From a bacterium (GTDB taxonomy: Bacteria; Patescibacteriota; Minisyncoccia; Phycocordibacterales; UBA12088), in assembly GCA_003252295.1 (NCBI GenBank), contig QKEV01000007.1:9632-73631 (forward strand): a stretch of DNA of 64,000 nt. The letters run 5' to 3'. Position 1 is the stretch's first letter; each line of letters starts with the position of its first letter. Made by a program: the position numbers and the translations under genes. Below the pieces are notes generated by a model, which saw nothing but the letters and a program-made list of their open reading frames with translations, was not told the DNA's origin and made no database searches. Of the stretch, positions 1 through 10,576 are shown piece after piece.

Positions 1-1353
1 TGGTGTGATGAGGGTGCCACCATTTGCAAGTGCGGCAAGTGCTCGTACTGCTTGAAGTGGTGTCACTTGAAAACCGTACTGACCAATAGCGGTATGGTAG
101 GTGTTTCCGATACGCCATGTTGGATCATCTGGAAACATTTCTGCTTTCCATTCTGGAGACGGAATGGTACCGCTGCGTTCACCCTCTAGTTTGATGTCCG
201 TTGTACTACCAAAACCAAACCTGCTCATATAATCTTTGATGCGTGTAATACCAAGACCCTCTTGTGTACCAAATCCTCCACCTATGTAGTAGAAGTAGAC
301 GTCTGAAGAAAACGCAATACCTGTTTTGAGGTTTACAGCACCATGTGCACGCCAGTCGTTAAAGACAGTGTACTGACCTGGGTTGTATGGGTTTGCGAGA
401 CGAAGTGCACCTGTTGAGATAAAGGTGGTTTCTGGTGTGATAATACCAGCGTCTAGTGCAGCTGCACCAAGGAATGGTTTTACAATTGAACCAGGTGTAT
501 ACTGCCCAGCAAAGGTTCGGTTGAGATATGGAGTACGAGGATCGGTATTGTACTGATTTATCAGTTCTGCATTTCCTTCAATGAGTGCACTTGGGTCATA
601 CTCAGGATAGCTCGTCATTGCCAATATCTCACCAGTGGTAACATCCATCATTATCCCTGCTCCACCATAGAATGGTATGTCGTCTGCAAGTGATTTTATA
701 AAGCCATGCAAAGCCTCTTGAAGCCGTAGGTCAATGGTGAGATGTAACGGTTTCCCTGGTGTCGGTTCTTCAAGAATACTTGTGCTCACCGTATCCATAC
801 GTGCATCTGTTTCAACTATTTTGATACCATCAGTTCCCTTAAGAATGGAGTCGTACGAGAGTTCTACACCACTTACACCCTCTATGCCTTCACGAAACAG
901 GACACCACTTCTATCACGTGCAGGCATACGTACGTAGCCAAGTATGTGACCACTTCCTGTGGTGCTTGCATAGGCACGTTCATGGAATACCTCGTATACA
1001 CCATTTTCGTAGTGCGGCACATTCCATGCAAGTTCGATACCGTTACGATCGTATATAATTCCGCGTTCTGCGAAGATGCGTGTATGACCGAGTCGGTTTC
1101 GCTCAGAGAGATCTTGGTAGTGTTCTCCATCGATAAGCATAAGTTGACTTGTTCTTCCAATGATAATGAGACCAGTGAGTGTAATGAGAAGAAGTAGTGG
1201 TCGAAGTGCTCTTGGACTGATTGGTGTGATGAGTCTACCTTCAAGGGCGTTTGGGTTGTATGAAGGAAGATTGCTCGCATCAAGAAGTATCTCCTCGGGA
1301 GATATCATAGTATTTTTCCTAATACTCTTTTTTTGTTTCCACTTCCAAAACAT
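1..1353 (-). CDS. mrdA: Penicillin-binding protein 2, 3' end runs off the window
   Basis: Not in the ORF track because no stop lies in the window. Manual translation from ATG 1353 gives MFWKWKQKKSIRKNTMISPEEILLDASNLP, later GQYTPGSIVKPF (SxxK) and AFSSDVYFY (SxD). Lies downstream of mreBC. Confidence 0.9.
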   Translation of the reverse strand, partial: MFWKWKQKKSIRKNTMISPEEILLDASNLPSYNPNALEGRLITPISPRALRPLLLLITLTGLIIIGRTSQLMLIDGEHYQDLSERNRLGHTRIFAERGIIYDRNGIELAWNVPHYENGVYEVFHERAYASTTGSGHILGYVRMPARDRSGVLFREGIEGVSGVELSYDSILKGTDGIKIVETDARMDTVSTSILEEPTPGKPLHLTIDLRLQEALHGFIKSLADDIPFYGGAGIMMDVTTGEILAMTSYPEYDPSALIEGNAELINQYNTDPRTPYLNRTFAGQYTPGSIVKPFLGAAALDAGIITPETTFISTGALRLANPYNPGQYTVFNDWRAHGAVNLKTGIAFSSDVYFYYIGGGFGTQEGLGITRIKDYMSRFGFGSTTDIKLEGERSGTIPSPEWKAEMFPDDPTWRIGNTYHTAIGQYGFQVTPLQAVRALAALANGGTLITP

Positions 1354-1354
1354 A

Positions 1355-1630
1355 CTAGTTATCTAAGAAGCGCACCTCTTTGGTGAGTACCCATGAGATA
1401 CTGATAGTAATGAGTAGTATCGAGGTAAAGAGGTACCCTGTATGTAAAATGGTAAAAAGTTCCTGTGGATAGAGTGCATCAAGGAGTACTCCTAAAAAAA
1501 CCAACTCATACATGCGGAAAAACAGAATACCGGTAGCAGAAAGTAAAATACAGAGCCACCAGGGTGCAAGGTATATCGTTGTAAAAGTGATAATAAAAAA
1601 AAGTATTCGAACTATGGGTGAAATTTTCAT
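1355..1630 (-). CDS. Small multi-TM membrane protein in the mreD position
   Basis: 91 aa, strongly hydrophobic, tightly packed between mreC and mrdA. Confidence 0.6.
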   Translation of the reverse strand: MKISPIVRILFFIITFTTIYLAPWWLCILLSATGILFFRMYELVFLGVLLDALYPQELFTILHTGYLFTSILLITISISWVLTKEVRFLDN

Positions 1631-1633
1631 ACG

Positions 1634-2554
1634 CTACTCATCACCTTCCTGTTCCTCTGTATCTTCTTCCTCTTCTCCCTCAGTACTCACCTCTTTGGGT
1701 TGTAGGGAGAGTTCAACCTGTTTTGCAGCCTCTTTGGTGTCCCAGGTGTGTGTTGTGTCAATGTAAACAAACCGAAGTTCGTACATGTTCACAGGACTCC
1801 GTAGGTATGCTGTTTTATAGGCATCTTCAGGAGAAACTTGTATTGATGCAACGGTAGCAATGGGGTGTGTTGAAAGCATCGGAAGTAGGAGTGTGTCATC
1901 TTTTTCCAACGCAACATCTCGTGGTACGGTCAGCTTCATGGTACCACTCCCATATCCAACAAGTGTTGCGTGCTGTGTTGTAGAAGCTGATTCGATCACC
2001 ACATCAATGTTTGTTGTGGGTGCAGAGAAACGTCGTGCTACTGCAGTGGTTTCAAATACCTTTGAGACATAACCAATAGCAATACCTTCAGGAGTGAGAA
2101 TGAGCATGTTGTCACGTACACCTTGTTCAGAACCAACGTCAATAATAAACACATCATGTGCTGCAAGGAGAACATTGTGGAGTATTGCGGCACTTATGTA
2201 CCCTGAAGTAGGGGCGGTGTAGCCAAGCTGCTCATGTAGTTTTTCATTATCAGCTTCAAGTGCATTGAGCATAAATGTTTCGCGTTCCAAACGAGCAAGT
2301 TCAGAACGAAGAAACGCGTTTTCGCTATATAACTGTTCTTTTGTTTGCAAGGTGAGATTTAATTCTTCTGAAAGATTTTCGAGTACAACACTTTTCAGTG
2401 ACCAAAATGGTTTTCCGATAGAATGTGACAGGTTGGTGAGTGTTTCTGATACCGATGAAGATCGTAGTAAAAAAAACAGTACCACCAAGAGCGGCACTAT
2501 GAGGAGTACGTACTTATTGATCTTTCTAACTGTTTTCAAATGTTGGTAATGCAT
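1634..2554 (-). CDS. mreC: Rod shape-determining protein MreC
   Basis: N-terminal TM, coiled coil (LEADNEKLHEQLG), IIDVGSEQGV motif; follows mreB. Confidence 0.85.
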   Translation of the reverse strand: MHYQHLKTVRKINKYVLLIVPLLVVLFFLLRSSSVSETLTNLSHSIGKPFWSLKSVVLENLSEELNLTLQTKEQLYSENAFLRSELARLERETFMLNALEADNEKLHEQLGYTAPTSGYISAAILHNVLLAAHDVFIIDVGSEQGVRDNMLILTPEGIAIGYVSKVFETTAVARRFSAPTTNIDVVIESASTTQHATLVGYGSGTMKLTVPRDVALEKDDTLLLPMLSTHPIATVASIQVSPEDAYKTAYLRSPVNMYELRFVYIDTTHTWDTKEAAKQVELSLQPKEVSTEGEEEEDTEEQEGDE

Positions 2555-3587
2555 CTTCTTCTAGCAGTATATCATTGTAATCTTCAAGCTTCTCAACGAT
2601 AAATCCTGTGCCACGAACCACAGAGGTGAGAGGGTCATTTGCTACGTTGACAGGTAGTTCAAGCATTGAACTCAAGAGTTCTGGTATGCCATAAATGAGT
2701 GCACCGCCTCCAGTAAGGTTAATACCAACTTTCATGATATCAGCAACAACAGTTGGTGGACTACTCTCCAACACCTCTTTAATTCCTTCAATGATTGCAT
2801 CGATACTCACTGCAACAGCATCGCGAATATCTTCATCGGTGATAACCACTTCTTTTGGAAGACCGGTAACAAGGTCGCGACCACGAACTGGTTCTTCAAG
2901 AAGTTCATCTTGTTCCAAGAGTGCACATACAGCAAACTTCAGATCTTCGGCTGTGGTCTCGCCAATGACTATTTTAAACTCATTTCTGAGATGAGCTACT
3001 ATATCGCTATTAAGCTTATCTCCTGCTGTATGAATATTCTTTGAGGTGACAATACCATTCAAGGAAAGGATGGCGATATCAGTAGTGCCGCCACCTATGT
3101 CGACCACCATACTCGCTCGTGCCTCGTGAATAGGAAGTCGCATACCTATTGCTGCAGCAATAGCTTCTTCTACAATGTGTACTTCACGTGCTCCTGCGTT
3201 ACGTGCAGCATCTCGAACGGCGCGTGACTCAACGTTGGTGATTCCTGATGGCACACCGATAACAACACGTGGTCCAACAAGTGCACGAGTACCACGTTGT
3301 GCCTTGTTGAGGAAGTACCCAATCATTTCTTCGGTCACCTCAAAGTCTGAAATAACCCCGTTTACGAGTGGGCGCACTGCACGAATATGTTGTGGTGTTC
3401 TGCCGAGCATCTCTTTTGCCTTTGCACCAACAGCAACAACCTGACCTGTCTTCTGGTTGAGTGCAACAACAGAAGGTTCATTGATGATGATCCCCTTTCC
3501 GCGAAGGTACACCAAACTATTGGTGGTACCAAGGTCGATACCAATGTCGTTAGAAAAAGGTGCGAGTACTTTTGTAAGTAATGACAT
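2526..3587 (-). CDS. mreB: Rod shape-determining protein MreB
   Basis: DIGIDLGTTN, VVDIGGGTTD and LTGGGAL actin-fold motifs. Confidence 0.97.
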   Translation of the reverse strand: MSLLTKVLAPFSNDIGIDLGTTNSLVYLRGKGIIINEPSVVALNQKTGQVVAVGAKAKEMLGRTPQHIRAVRPLVNGVISDFEVTEEMIGYFLNKAQRGTRALVGPRVVIGVPSGITNVESRAVRDAARNAGAREVHIVEEAIAAAIGMRLPIHEARASMVVDIGGGTTDIAILSLNGIVTSKNIHTAGDKLNSDIVAHLRNEFKIVIGETTAEDLKFAVCALLEQDELLEEPVRGRDLVTGLPKEVVITDEDIRDAVAVSIDAIIEGIKEVLESSPPTVVADIMKVGINLTGGGALIYGIPELLSSMLELPVNVANDPLTSVVRGTGFIVEKLEDYNDILLEEDALPTFENS

Positions 3588-3593
3588 ATCTGT

Positions 3594-4889
3594 TTACTCC
3601 TGTGTTGTGCTATCAGCAAGCAGTTCTTCTTGTGTTAGGTTTTGTACCTCACCCGTTTTACGATCAATCACTTCAAGTGTACCAGCTTCAATTGTTTTTT
3701 CACTTATGACAACACGAACGGGTATACCTAATAGGTCACTGTCTGCAAACTTCTCACCTGGACGGACATCTCTATCATCATAGAGTACCTCAATACCTTC
3801 ATTTGTGAGCGTTTCAAAGAGTGCGTCAGCTTGTCCGACAACCTTTTCTGAGTCCCCAATGCGGATCAAATGAATCGCAAATGGTGCAATACTTGCTGGC
3901 CACACCAACCCCTTCTCGTCAGCCCATAGTTCAGCAACAGTTCCCATGAGGCGATTTGGTCCAATACCATAGCTGCCCATCACGACAAGCTGATCTTCCC
4001 CTTGTTCATCCTTATAGGTGAGGTTGTGTGCTTGTGAGAAGCGTGTACCAAGATTAAAAATGTTCCCCACCTCAATGGCTTTCTTTTCGACAAAGTCATC
4101 CTTGGTGAGCCCAAGGTCTTTGAGTACTTCATCATTGTACACTTCTTTGTTCACCGCGAGATTTTCTTTCTCACATACGTAGATAATATCTTCACCAGCA
4201 TCAGAGATGGTTTGGAATTCATGACTATACTTTGCAAAAGCACCACCACTTGCAAATGTTTTATACGTGATGCCCTCAAGACCAACGCGAACAAAGACAC
4301 GCATGTACGCAAGAGCAATCGCCTCGTAAAAACGTGCATGTTCTTCATTATCTCTTGAGAACGAGTATAGGTCTTTCATGAGAAACTCTCGAGTACGCAT
4401 GATGCCACTCTTTGCTCGCACCTCATTTCTAAACTTGTTCTGTATTTGGTATGGGTACCTTGGAAGATCACGGTATGATTGAATGTGATCTTTCATCATT
4501 TTTGTGATTGGTTCCTCATGGGTCCAACCGAGTCCTATTTCAGTACCGTTTTGCAGCTTTGATTTAAACCAAACATCAACGTTTTCATCACTCCATCGGT
4601 CTGATGCCTCCCAAACTGATTTGTCTTGTAGTGTTGAAAGACGTATTTCTTGACCACCAACACTAGCCATTTCTTCACGTATAATATCGCTCACTTTTTC
4701 AAGCACACGCAATCCAAGCGGCAGGTAGCTGTAGACACCAGCCTGTTCTTTGTAGAGAAAACCGCCACGTATGAGAAGCTGCGCATTTCGTGCCACCTCA
4801 TCAGAAGGAGCTTGCTTTCTTGTTTTAGTGAAGAGTTCTGATTGTCTCAAACCAAGTGTGTAGTCTTTTGCTGTTTTTGAATTGTTCAT
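3594..4889 (-). CDS. proS: Proline--tRNA ligase, short form without editing domain
   Basis: GWTHEE, FRNEVRAKSGIMRTREFLMKDLYSF, MGSYGIG, GEKFADSDLLG. Start placed at ATG 4889 rather than 4940. Confidence 0.95.
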   Translation of the reverse strand: MNNSKTAKDYTLGLRQSELFTKTRKQAPSDEVARNAQLLIRGGFLYKEQAGVYSYLPLGLRVLEKVSDIIREEMASVGGQEIRLSTLQDKSVWEASDRWSDENVDVWFKSKLQNGTEIGLGWTHEEPITKMMKDHIQSYRDLPRYPYQIQNKFRNEVRAKSGIMRTREFLMKDLYSFSRDNEEHARFYEAIALAYMRVFVRVGLEGITYKTFASGGAFAKYSHEFQTISDAGEDIIYVCEKENLAVNKEVYNDEVLKDLGLTKDDFVEKKAIEVGNIFNLGTRFSQAHNLTYKDEQGEDQLVVMGSYGIGPNRLMGTVAELWADEKGLVWPASIAPFAIHLIRIGDSEKVVGQADALFETLTNEGIEVLYDDRDVRPGEKFADSDLLGIPVRVVISEKTIEAGTLEVIDRKTGEVQNLTQEELLADSTTQE

Positions 4890-4970
4890 GTTGTGCGGTA
4901 TGAAGTAGTAAATAAGCTCCCTGGTAAGTTGTAGTACCAATCGTACTGTAATTACTGGTGATGGTCAAAG

Positions 4971-6080
4971 CTAGAACAGTTTGATGATATCACTAGCGGT
5001 AACAAGCAGCATGAGAAGGAGGAGTATTGCAAAACCTATCTGATTGGCACGATTTGCAACAGTGGGGGGGATTGGTTTTCGTGTTGCAGCTTCTATGGCA
5101 ACAAATACGAGACGACCTCCATCGAGTGCTGGGAATGGAAAGAGGTTGATGACTGCAAGGTTGAGTGATATGTAGGCACTAAAGGTCATAAGCCAGGTAA
5201 AACCAAGAGCGACAGCATCACCAACGAGACCGACAATACCTACAGGACCAGAAACCTGCGAAAGATCCTCTTTTCCTGTAATGAGGCGGAAGAGACCATT
5301 AAGAACGTCTATGAGTGAGGAGTACGTTCGTGGTACTGCCTGTACGAGTGCATCAATAAGTCCAAGTTGTTCAGTGCCTGCAAGGATCATGGTAAAACCA
5401 AGAGCATAACGTTCCGGGTCATCAGTAATGATCCCTTTTTGTGCAGACACGGTTACCTCGATCGGCTCACCTCTTCTCATGAGTGAAAAGGTTATTGGTG
5501 TACCATTACTTTCACGTACGAATTCTGAGACAGCGCCTGGTGCGAGTGCGGTATCTGAGGTGAGTGTGTTGTTTTCGGTACTGAGTGCCCGTATCTCGTC
5601 ACTTGCCTTGAGTGCCTCGTTTGCAGGTGACTCGGTTGAGAGGGAGGAGATGTAGAGTTTAACATTGTGCATGTTGCTCTGTGCTACTTCCTCAAGAGTG
5701 GTTGCTGAGGTTGGCATACCTATCATGTAGGCGCCCGCAAAGAGTACGTACGCAAGGAGAATGTTCATGCAGACACCTGCTACAAGTACGAGTGCTTGTA
5801 TGTATTTTGGTTGCTGTACGAAGCTTCTGTTTGCATCGGGTGCTTCCGGATCGTAGTGTTCAGCTGATGGATCTTCTCCCCAGATGCGCACAAAACCACC
5901 TATTGGCAAGAGGTTGATAGTGTACTCAGTTTCCCCAAACTTTTTACCAAAAAGTTTGGGTGGAAAGCCAATACCAAACTCATCAACACGAATACCGGAC
6001 TTTTTTGCAACAATAAAGTGTCCAAACTCATGGACAAGGATAAGTATGACGAGTACTACAAAAAAGATGAGGATATTCAT
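4971..6080 (-). CDS. rseP: RIP metalloprotease RseP (M50)
   Basis: HEFGH, LLPIGGFVR, SGPVGI, NLFPFPALDGG. Confidence 0.93.
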   Translation of the reverse strand: MNILIFFVVLVILILVHEFGHFIVAKKSGIRVDEFGIGFPPKLFGKKFGETEYTINLLPIGGFVRIWGEDPSAEHYDPEAPDANRSFVQQPKYIQALVLVAGVCMNILLAYVLFAGAYMIGMPTSATTLEEVAQSNMHNVKLYISSLSTESPANEALKASDEIRALSTENNTLTSDTALAPGAVSEFVRESNGTPITFSLMRRGEPIEVTVSAQKGIITDDPERYALGFTMILAGTEQLGLIDALVQAVPRTYSSLIDVLNGLFRLITGKEDLSQVSGPVGIVGLVGDAVALGFTWLMTFSAYISLNLAVINLFPFPALDGGRLVFVAIEAATRKPIPPTVANRANQIGFAILLLLMLLVTASDIIKLF

Positions 6081-6091
6081 GTAGTACTATA

Positions 6092-6640
6092 TTACGCTGT
6101 GAGCTCCTGCTCTTTCTTCTTTGCCATTTCCTCAAGAGTTTCATTTCCCTTCTTAATGATCTTTTCCATTTCCTCCTTTGAAGAGAATTTCTCATCTTCA
6201 GTAAGTTCACCCTCCTTCTGTTGCTTTTGAATATCGCTCCAAACTTCTTCACGATGTCTTCGAAGTGTAATACGTGCTTCCTCAAGCTTAGTGCCAGTGA
6301 GTTTTATTAATTGTTCACGTCGTTCACTAGTGAGTTCTGGAAAGCTCACACGTACACCTTTCTCATCTGAACTCAAAGTTGCACCAATACCTGCATCACG
6401 TATTGCCTGTTCGATTTGGTTTATTGAGTCGCGTTCCCATGGAGAGATGCGCAGTGTGCGAGCATCCTCTACTGAAATAGTGCCTACTTGATTGAGGGGT
6501 AGCTGACTTCCGTATGACTCAATTTTAATAGTATCTAAGAGAGCTGGTGCAGCGCGTCCTGTACGTATCGCTGAGAGCTCCTCTTTGTAGTGTTGCTGTG
6601 CTTCTTCAATAGAAGTTTTTAGTGTTTTAAAATCGTACAT
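6092..6640 (-). CDS. frr: Ribosome recycling factor
   Basis: IRTGRA, FPELTSERR motifs; 182 aa. Confidence 0.96.
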   Translation of the reverse strand: MYDFKTLKTSIEEAQQHYKEELSAIRTGRAAPALLDTIKIESYGSQLPLNQVGTISVEDARTLRISPWERDSINQIEQAIRDAGIGATLSSDEKGVRVSFPELTSERREQLIKLTGTKLEEARITLRRHREEVWSDIQKQQKEGELTEDEKFSSKEEMEKIIKKGNETLEEMAKKKEQELTA

Positions 6641-6834
6641 AAATTATGTATGTTAGTAATCTCATTGTACCAGTTGTCTCCGTAACCGTGAAGTTTAAAA
6701 TATGCGATGGTGTGGCGATATTACTCAAGCAATTAGTGTATGCTTGATGGAATGATCAGTACTATTGACTACCATGATGATACTGTTGTACTGTAACAAC
6801 AGTTTATAGGTTGATAACAGAAAATATTCTTGTT

Positions 6835-7080
6835 ATGCAAAATAAAACTCTGGAGGATAAGAAAGTTATGGATCATGCTATTGCATACTGTGTTTTTAAT
6901 GTTTTTTCATATGCCACATTATCTGTTGGGATTGTGTTATCTATCATTCCAATAGGAGTGATGCTCAATGAGTCAATTGAAGGTGATGGTTTTGTACTTT
7001 TATTATTTACTTTTCCATCAGCGGTTATGTTTCTTGTGTCTTGGATGATCAGAAGTTCAGTGCTACCTGTACTGACTTAA
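6835..7080 (+). CDS. Hypothetical two-TM protein
   Basis: Two hydrophobic segments, followed by a hairpin terminator; start uncertain (6811 TTG or 6835 ATG). Confidence 0.5.
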   Translation: MQNKTLEDKKVMDHAIAYCVFNVFSYATLSVGIVLSIIPIGVMLNESIEGDGFVLLLFTFPSAVMFLVSWMIRSSVLPVLT

Positions 7081-7101
7081 CCTTGTTTCTTTAAATAACA
7101 G

Positions 7102-7131
7102 AACGGTTAGAGGTGTTATCCTCTAACCGTT
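7102..7131 (+). terminator. Intrinsic terminator hairpin
   Basis: AACGGTTAGAGG / CCTCTAACCGTT 12-bp stem after the stop at 7080. Confidence 0.7.
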
Positions 7132-7241
7132 TAGTTCTTAATGTATTGAAAAAGTGTTGGTGATCTTGCTGAAATGTTGAGTTTTGTTTTGATATATGTA
7201 ATATGGCCTCAGAACCAAAAGATAAATCAATGAGGTGATAC

Positions 7242-7715
7242 ATGGGAACAATACTAGATGAGATACAGCGAGTGTTCTTTAAAGGAATGGCCGAAGGTTG
7301 GGCACAAAACATGGAGAAGGTTGCTGTACCAGGACTTCCTGGTTACAAAAAAATTACACATGTCTTTGGAGATTATGAGGTTACGGATTGCTACTGTGTG
7401 AACCAGTCTTCAAAAAAAAGTACTGGCTTTACAACGATCGCTTTTCAAAATGATCCCGTTTGGGTTATGCACTATGGAGGATGGTATCCAAAGCATGTCA
7501 TCCCCTTTCTGAAGACCTGTCTGCAGAAAGCATACGTTGATGAAAAATGTTTTCACGGTGGTCGTGGCCCAGAACTTGTTCTAGGTGAACAGTTCAAGTA
7601 CGTAAACTGGATTGGACGGAATCACTTTCATGATTTTGAAGGGGAAGAAAAAGTGATTGATTTGGACGATAATGAACTCGGCAGTCATTGGTATCGTGGC
7701 ATGTCACTTCTGTAG
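7242..7715 (+). CDS. Hypothetical protein, DUF5680-like
   Basis: PVWVMHYGG and FHGGRGP resemble DUF5680 as recalled; SD GAGGTG upstream. Confidence 0.6.
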   Translation: MGTILDEIQRVFFKGMAEGWAQNMEKVAVPGLPGYKKITHVFGDYEVTDCYCVNQSSKKSTGFTTIAFQNDPVWVMHYGGWYPKHVIPFLKTCLQKAYVDEKCFHGGRGPELVLGEQFKYVNWIGRNHFHDFEGEEKVIDLDDNELGSHWYRGMSLL

Positions 7716-7730
7716 TTGTTTGCAGATAGC

Positions 7731-7765
7731 AAAGGTCTAATGGTTAGATCAACCATTAGACCTTT
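7731..7765. terminator. Terminator between convergent genes
   Basis: AAAGGTCTAATGGTT / AACCATTAGACCTTT stem followed by a T-run. Confidence 0.75.
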
Positions 7766-7773
7766 TATTTTTT

Positions 7774-8457
7774 CTAAATACTCACCGCTAAGTGCTCTAA
7801 CAGCATTTTGAGTGAGCTTGCCCTGTCTTGCAGGTAGTTGCGTACGAAAAGTACTTCTGACAGCACCCTTTTGTTTTTCTGTATTCCTTGCTTGTAGCAG
7901 TACGTTTCAAGAGTGTTGAGAAAAAGACGAGCCCCTTCCCTATCTTTGTTTTTGATGTACTGCTGTACAAGATCAAGTCGTTCCTTAATAGTTACTTGAA
8001 GAAATGTTTTAGCGTTGGCATATTCTTCTGTGTTTGCTTGTGTGTGCGTGTGGTAGGCAAGTCGTGAACGTACTGTAGGAAGGAGTGTATGCATGCTTGG
8101 CATTACGAGTACAAAATGTGTGCTCTGTGCAGGTTCTTCGAGGAGTTTTAAGAGTGCATTTTGTGCCTCACGCAAGATGCTGTTTGTAATGAGTACAAAT
8201 ACTTGCCGTTCACCAAGCGGTGCTTGGTACGCTCTCCGCTTTAGTGTACGAGCATCTTCGATAGTAAAGCGGTCTGTTTCAAGTATTGCCACATCAGGAT
8301 TACCTTCAATTGTCATATTGAAACAGTTGGTAAGGTGATCATGTGCGACGCTGTGTGCAATTGCCCGTTCTGCTTCAAGTATGTGGGCATGATGAAGGTA
8401 ATTGCTCTTGTTCATGACATACATTGTAGCATTTTTATGGTAAGAAATAGTTATCAC
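7774..8457 (-). CDS. holB: DNA polymerase III delta-prime-like protein, short form
   Basis: EAQNALLKLLEEP and LLPTVRSR clamp-loader motifs; start uncertain. Confidence 0.8.
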   Translation of the reverse strand: MITISYHKNATMYVMNKSNYLHHAHILEAERAIAHSVAHDHLTNCFNMTIEGNPDVAILETDRFTIEDARTLKRRAYQAPLGERQVFVLITNSILREAQNALLKLLEEPAQSTHFVLVMPSMHTLLPTVRSRLAYHTHTQANTEEYANAKTFLQVTIKERLDLVQQYIKNKDREGARLFLNTLETYCYKQGIQKNKRVLSEVLFVRNYLQDRASSLKMLLEHLAVSI

Positions 8458-8526
8458 CAGTTTCCACGCTTTCCACTTCCCTGTGTAAAGTTTTCACTTT
8501 GACGTTCGCTTGGTACAATAGTCTCC

Positions 8527-9936
8527 ATGTCAGGGTCACCTGAAAAATTGCGTGTTCCTCCACAGGCTGTAGAAGCTGAAAAAGCGCTCTTGGGCTCTAT
8601 TATGCTTCGACCAGACTGTATGTTTGATGTGGGTGATGTTGTTTCTCAGGATAGTTTCTATGTAGATAAGCATCGACATATCTACAAAGCGATGCGTGAT
8701 CTATTTTCAAAGAGTGAACCGATAGATGTACTCTCCGTTTCAGCACGACTCAAAGCAAACAAAGATCTTGATCGTGTTGGTGGGAGTGCCTACCTTACAG
8801 AACTCGTGAACACGGTGCCAGCAACAGCAAATGTGCATCACTATGCCGACTTGGTTCAAAAGGCTGCGACATTGCGTTCACTCATTAGTGCTGCTGATTT
8901 TATTGCGGAGTTAGGTTTTGATGAAGGTAATGATATTGAGGAAGTGCTTGATGCAGCTGAAAAAAGGATCTACGAAATAACAAACGCTCCTGGTTTGCAT
9001 AAGTTTGTTTCTATGCAGGAATCACTCGGTGAAGCATGGGACAGGATTGATCAGTTGCATAATTCTAAAGATGAAATGCGCGGTGTTCCAACCGGCTTCA
9101 AGGATCTCGATAGTCTACTTGCTGGACTTCAGAAATCTGACCTCATTATTCTTGCTGCACGACCTTCTTTTGGTAAGACCTCTCTTGCACTTGATATTGC
9201 ACGACAGAGTGCGGTGCAGCACAACACTCCAGTTGGTATCTTTTCTCTTGAAATGAGTAGTCAGCAGTTGGTTGATCGTATGCTCGCATCTGAAGCTCGT
9301 GTTGATGCATGGAAACTGCGTACCGGAAACCTCAAGACTGATGCCGAGTTTGAAAAGATACGTGAGGCAATCGATAAGTTACAAAATGCACCAATTTTCA
9401 TAGATGATAAACCAGCGAACACAGTACTCGGTATGCGTTCAACAGCACGGCGACTCAAACGAGAACACGGATTAGGTTTGATTATTATCGATTACCTTCA
9501 GATTATGGCACCATCTGGTAAGCATACGAGTGACTCCCTCGTACAACAGGTTACTGAGCTGTCACGATCACTCAAGTCACTTGCACGTGAGCTTGATGTT
9601 CCTGTGCTCTGTCTTTCACAGTTATCACGTGCAGTTGAGCAGCGACGTGGTCGTCCACGACTCTCTGATCTCCGAGACTCAGGTAGTATCGAGCAGGATG
9701 CTGATGTAGTGATGTTTATTCATCGCGAGGATAAAATGAGCGAAGATCCTTCAGCTTCCGAGAGACCAAATATTGCTGAAATACTTGTTGAGAAACACAG
9801 AAACGGTCCTGTTGGACGAGTTGAACTCTACTTTGATGCCAAAAAGACTACCTTCCTTTCAATTGAGAAGTCAGATTTCGGGGCATTTGAAGAGGAAAAG
9901 ACTGCAAATATTGCTGGCGGTGATGAAGACTGGTAA
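8527..9936 (+). CDS. dnaB: Replicative DNA helicase
   Basis: PPQAVEAE, AARPSFGKT, IIIDYLQ, DLRDSGSIEQDAD, KHRNGP. Confidence 0.98.
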   Translation: MSGSPEKLRVPPQAVEAEKALLGSIMLRPDCMFDVGDVVSQDSFYVDKHRHIYKAMRDLFSKSEPIDVLSVSARLKANKDLDRVGGSAYLTELVNTVPATANVHHYADLVQKAATLRSLISAADFIAELGFDEGNDIEEVLDAAEKRIYEITNAPGLHKFVSMQESLGEAWDRIDQLHNSKDEMRGVPTGFKDLDSLLAGLQKSDLIILAARPSFGKTSLALDIARQSAVQHNTPVGIFSLEMSSQQLVDRMLASEARVDAWKLRTGNLKTDAEFEKIREAIDKLQNAPIFIDDKPANTVLGMRSTARRLKREHGLGLIIIDYLQIMAPSGKHTSDSLVQQVTELSRSLKSLARELDVPVLCLSQLSRAVEQRRGRPRLSDLRDSGSIEQDADVVMFIHREDKMSEDPSASERPNIAEILVEKHRNGPVGRVELYFDAKKTTFLSIEKSDFGAFEEEKTANIAGGDEDW

Positions 9937-9956
9937 AACCGTGTCTTAGGAGAAAG

Positions 9957-10571
9957 ATGAACGATATCCTCACAGAACTTACTGAGCTGTTACGAAAGTT
10001 GCCTGGTATTGGACCACGTCAGGCGCGTAGGCTCGCCCTCTGGCTTGTTCGCCAAGATAAGCAATGGGTGCAGGAGTTTGCTACTGCACTTACTGGTGCA
10101 CGTAGTTCGGTTTCAGTGTGTTCCTACTGTAAACGACTACATCCTGAAGGTGGTGCTCATATGCTCTGCTCGGTATGTAGGAGTGATGCACGCAATAGCC
10201 ACCTCCTCATGCTTGTTGAAAAGGATGTAGATCTAGAAAATATTGAAAAAACAGGTGCGTACAGTGGGAGGTATTTTGTGCTTGGTGGTACTACCAGTCC
10301 TCTTGATAAAGAACCAGACAGAAAGGTTCGGATTCGAGAATTGCAGCAACTCTTAACTGAAAAAGGTTCACCAGTTGAGGAAATCATTTTTGCGCTTTCT
10401 GCAACAACTGAGGGTGAGGATACCGTACTGTACCTTGAGGGTGCGCTCAAGAATGTAGTAAAGGATAACGATATTAAACTTACAAAGCTAGGACGTGGGC
10501 TCTCAACAGGTACTGAGCTTGAGTATGTAGACAGAGATACAATGAGTTACGCACTGAAGGGTCGTGCTTAA
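9957..10571 (+). CDS. recR: Recombination protein RecR
   Basis: LPGIGPRQA HhH, C4 zinc finger, ALSATTEGEDT TOPRIM, GTELEYVD. Confidence 0.95.
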   Translation: MNDILTELTELLRKLPGIGPRQARRLALWLVRQDKQWVQEFATALTGARSSVSVCSYCKRLHPEGGAHMLCSVCRSDARNSHLLMLVEKDVDLENIEKTGAYSGRYFVLGGTTSPLDKEPDRKVRIRELQQLLTEKGSPVEEIIFALSATTEGEDTVLYLEGALKNVVKDNDIKLTKLGRGLSTGTELEYVDRDTMSYALKGRA

Positions 10572-10576
10572 GCGTG

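Noticed and set aside
882-1283. 133-aa ORF from the track
   Set aside because: Out-of-frame shadow of mrdA, whose real frame starts at 1353.
7095-7110. Third copy of the ACAGAACG post-promoter motif
   Set aside because: It overlaps the left arm of a terminator hairpin after a stop codon and is only a partial match.
7774-8457. holB pseudogene because it is short and lacks a clear Walker A
   Set aside because: Frame is intact with conserved motifs; delta-prime is non-catalytic and short forms are expected in reduced genomes.
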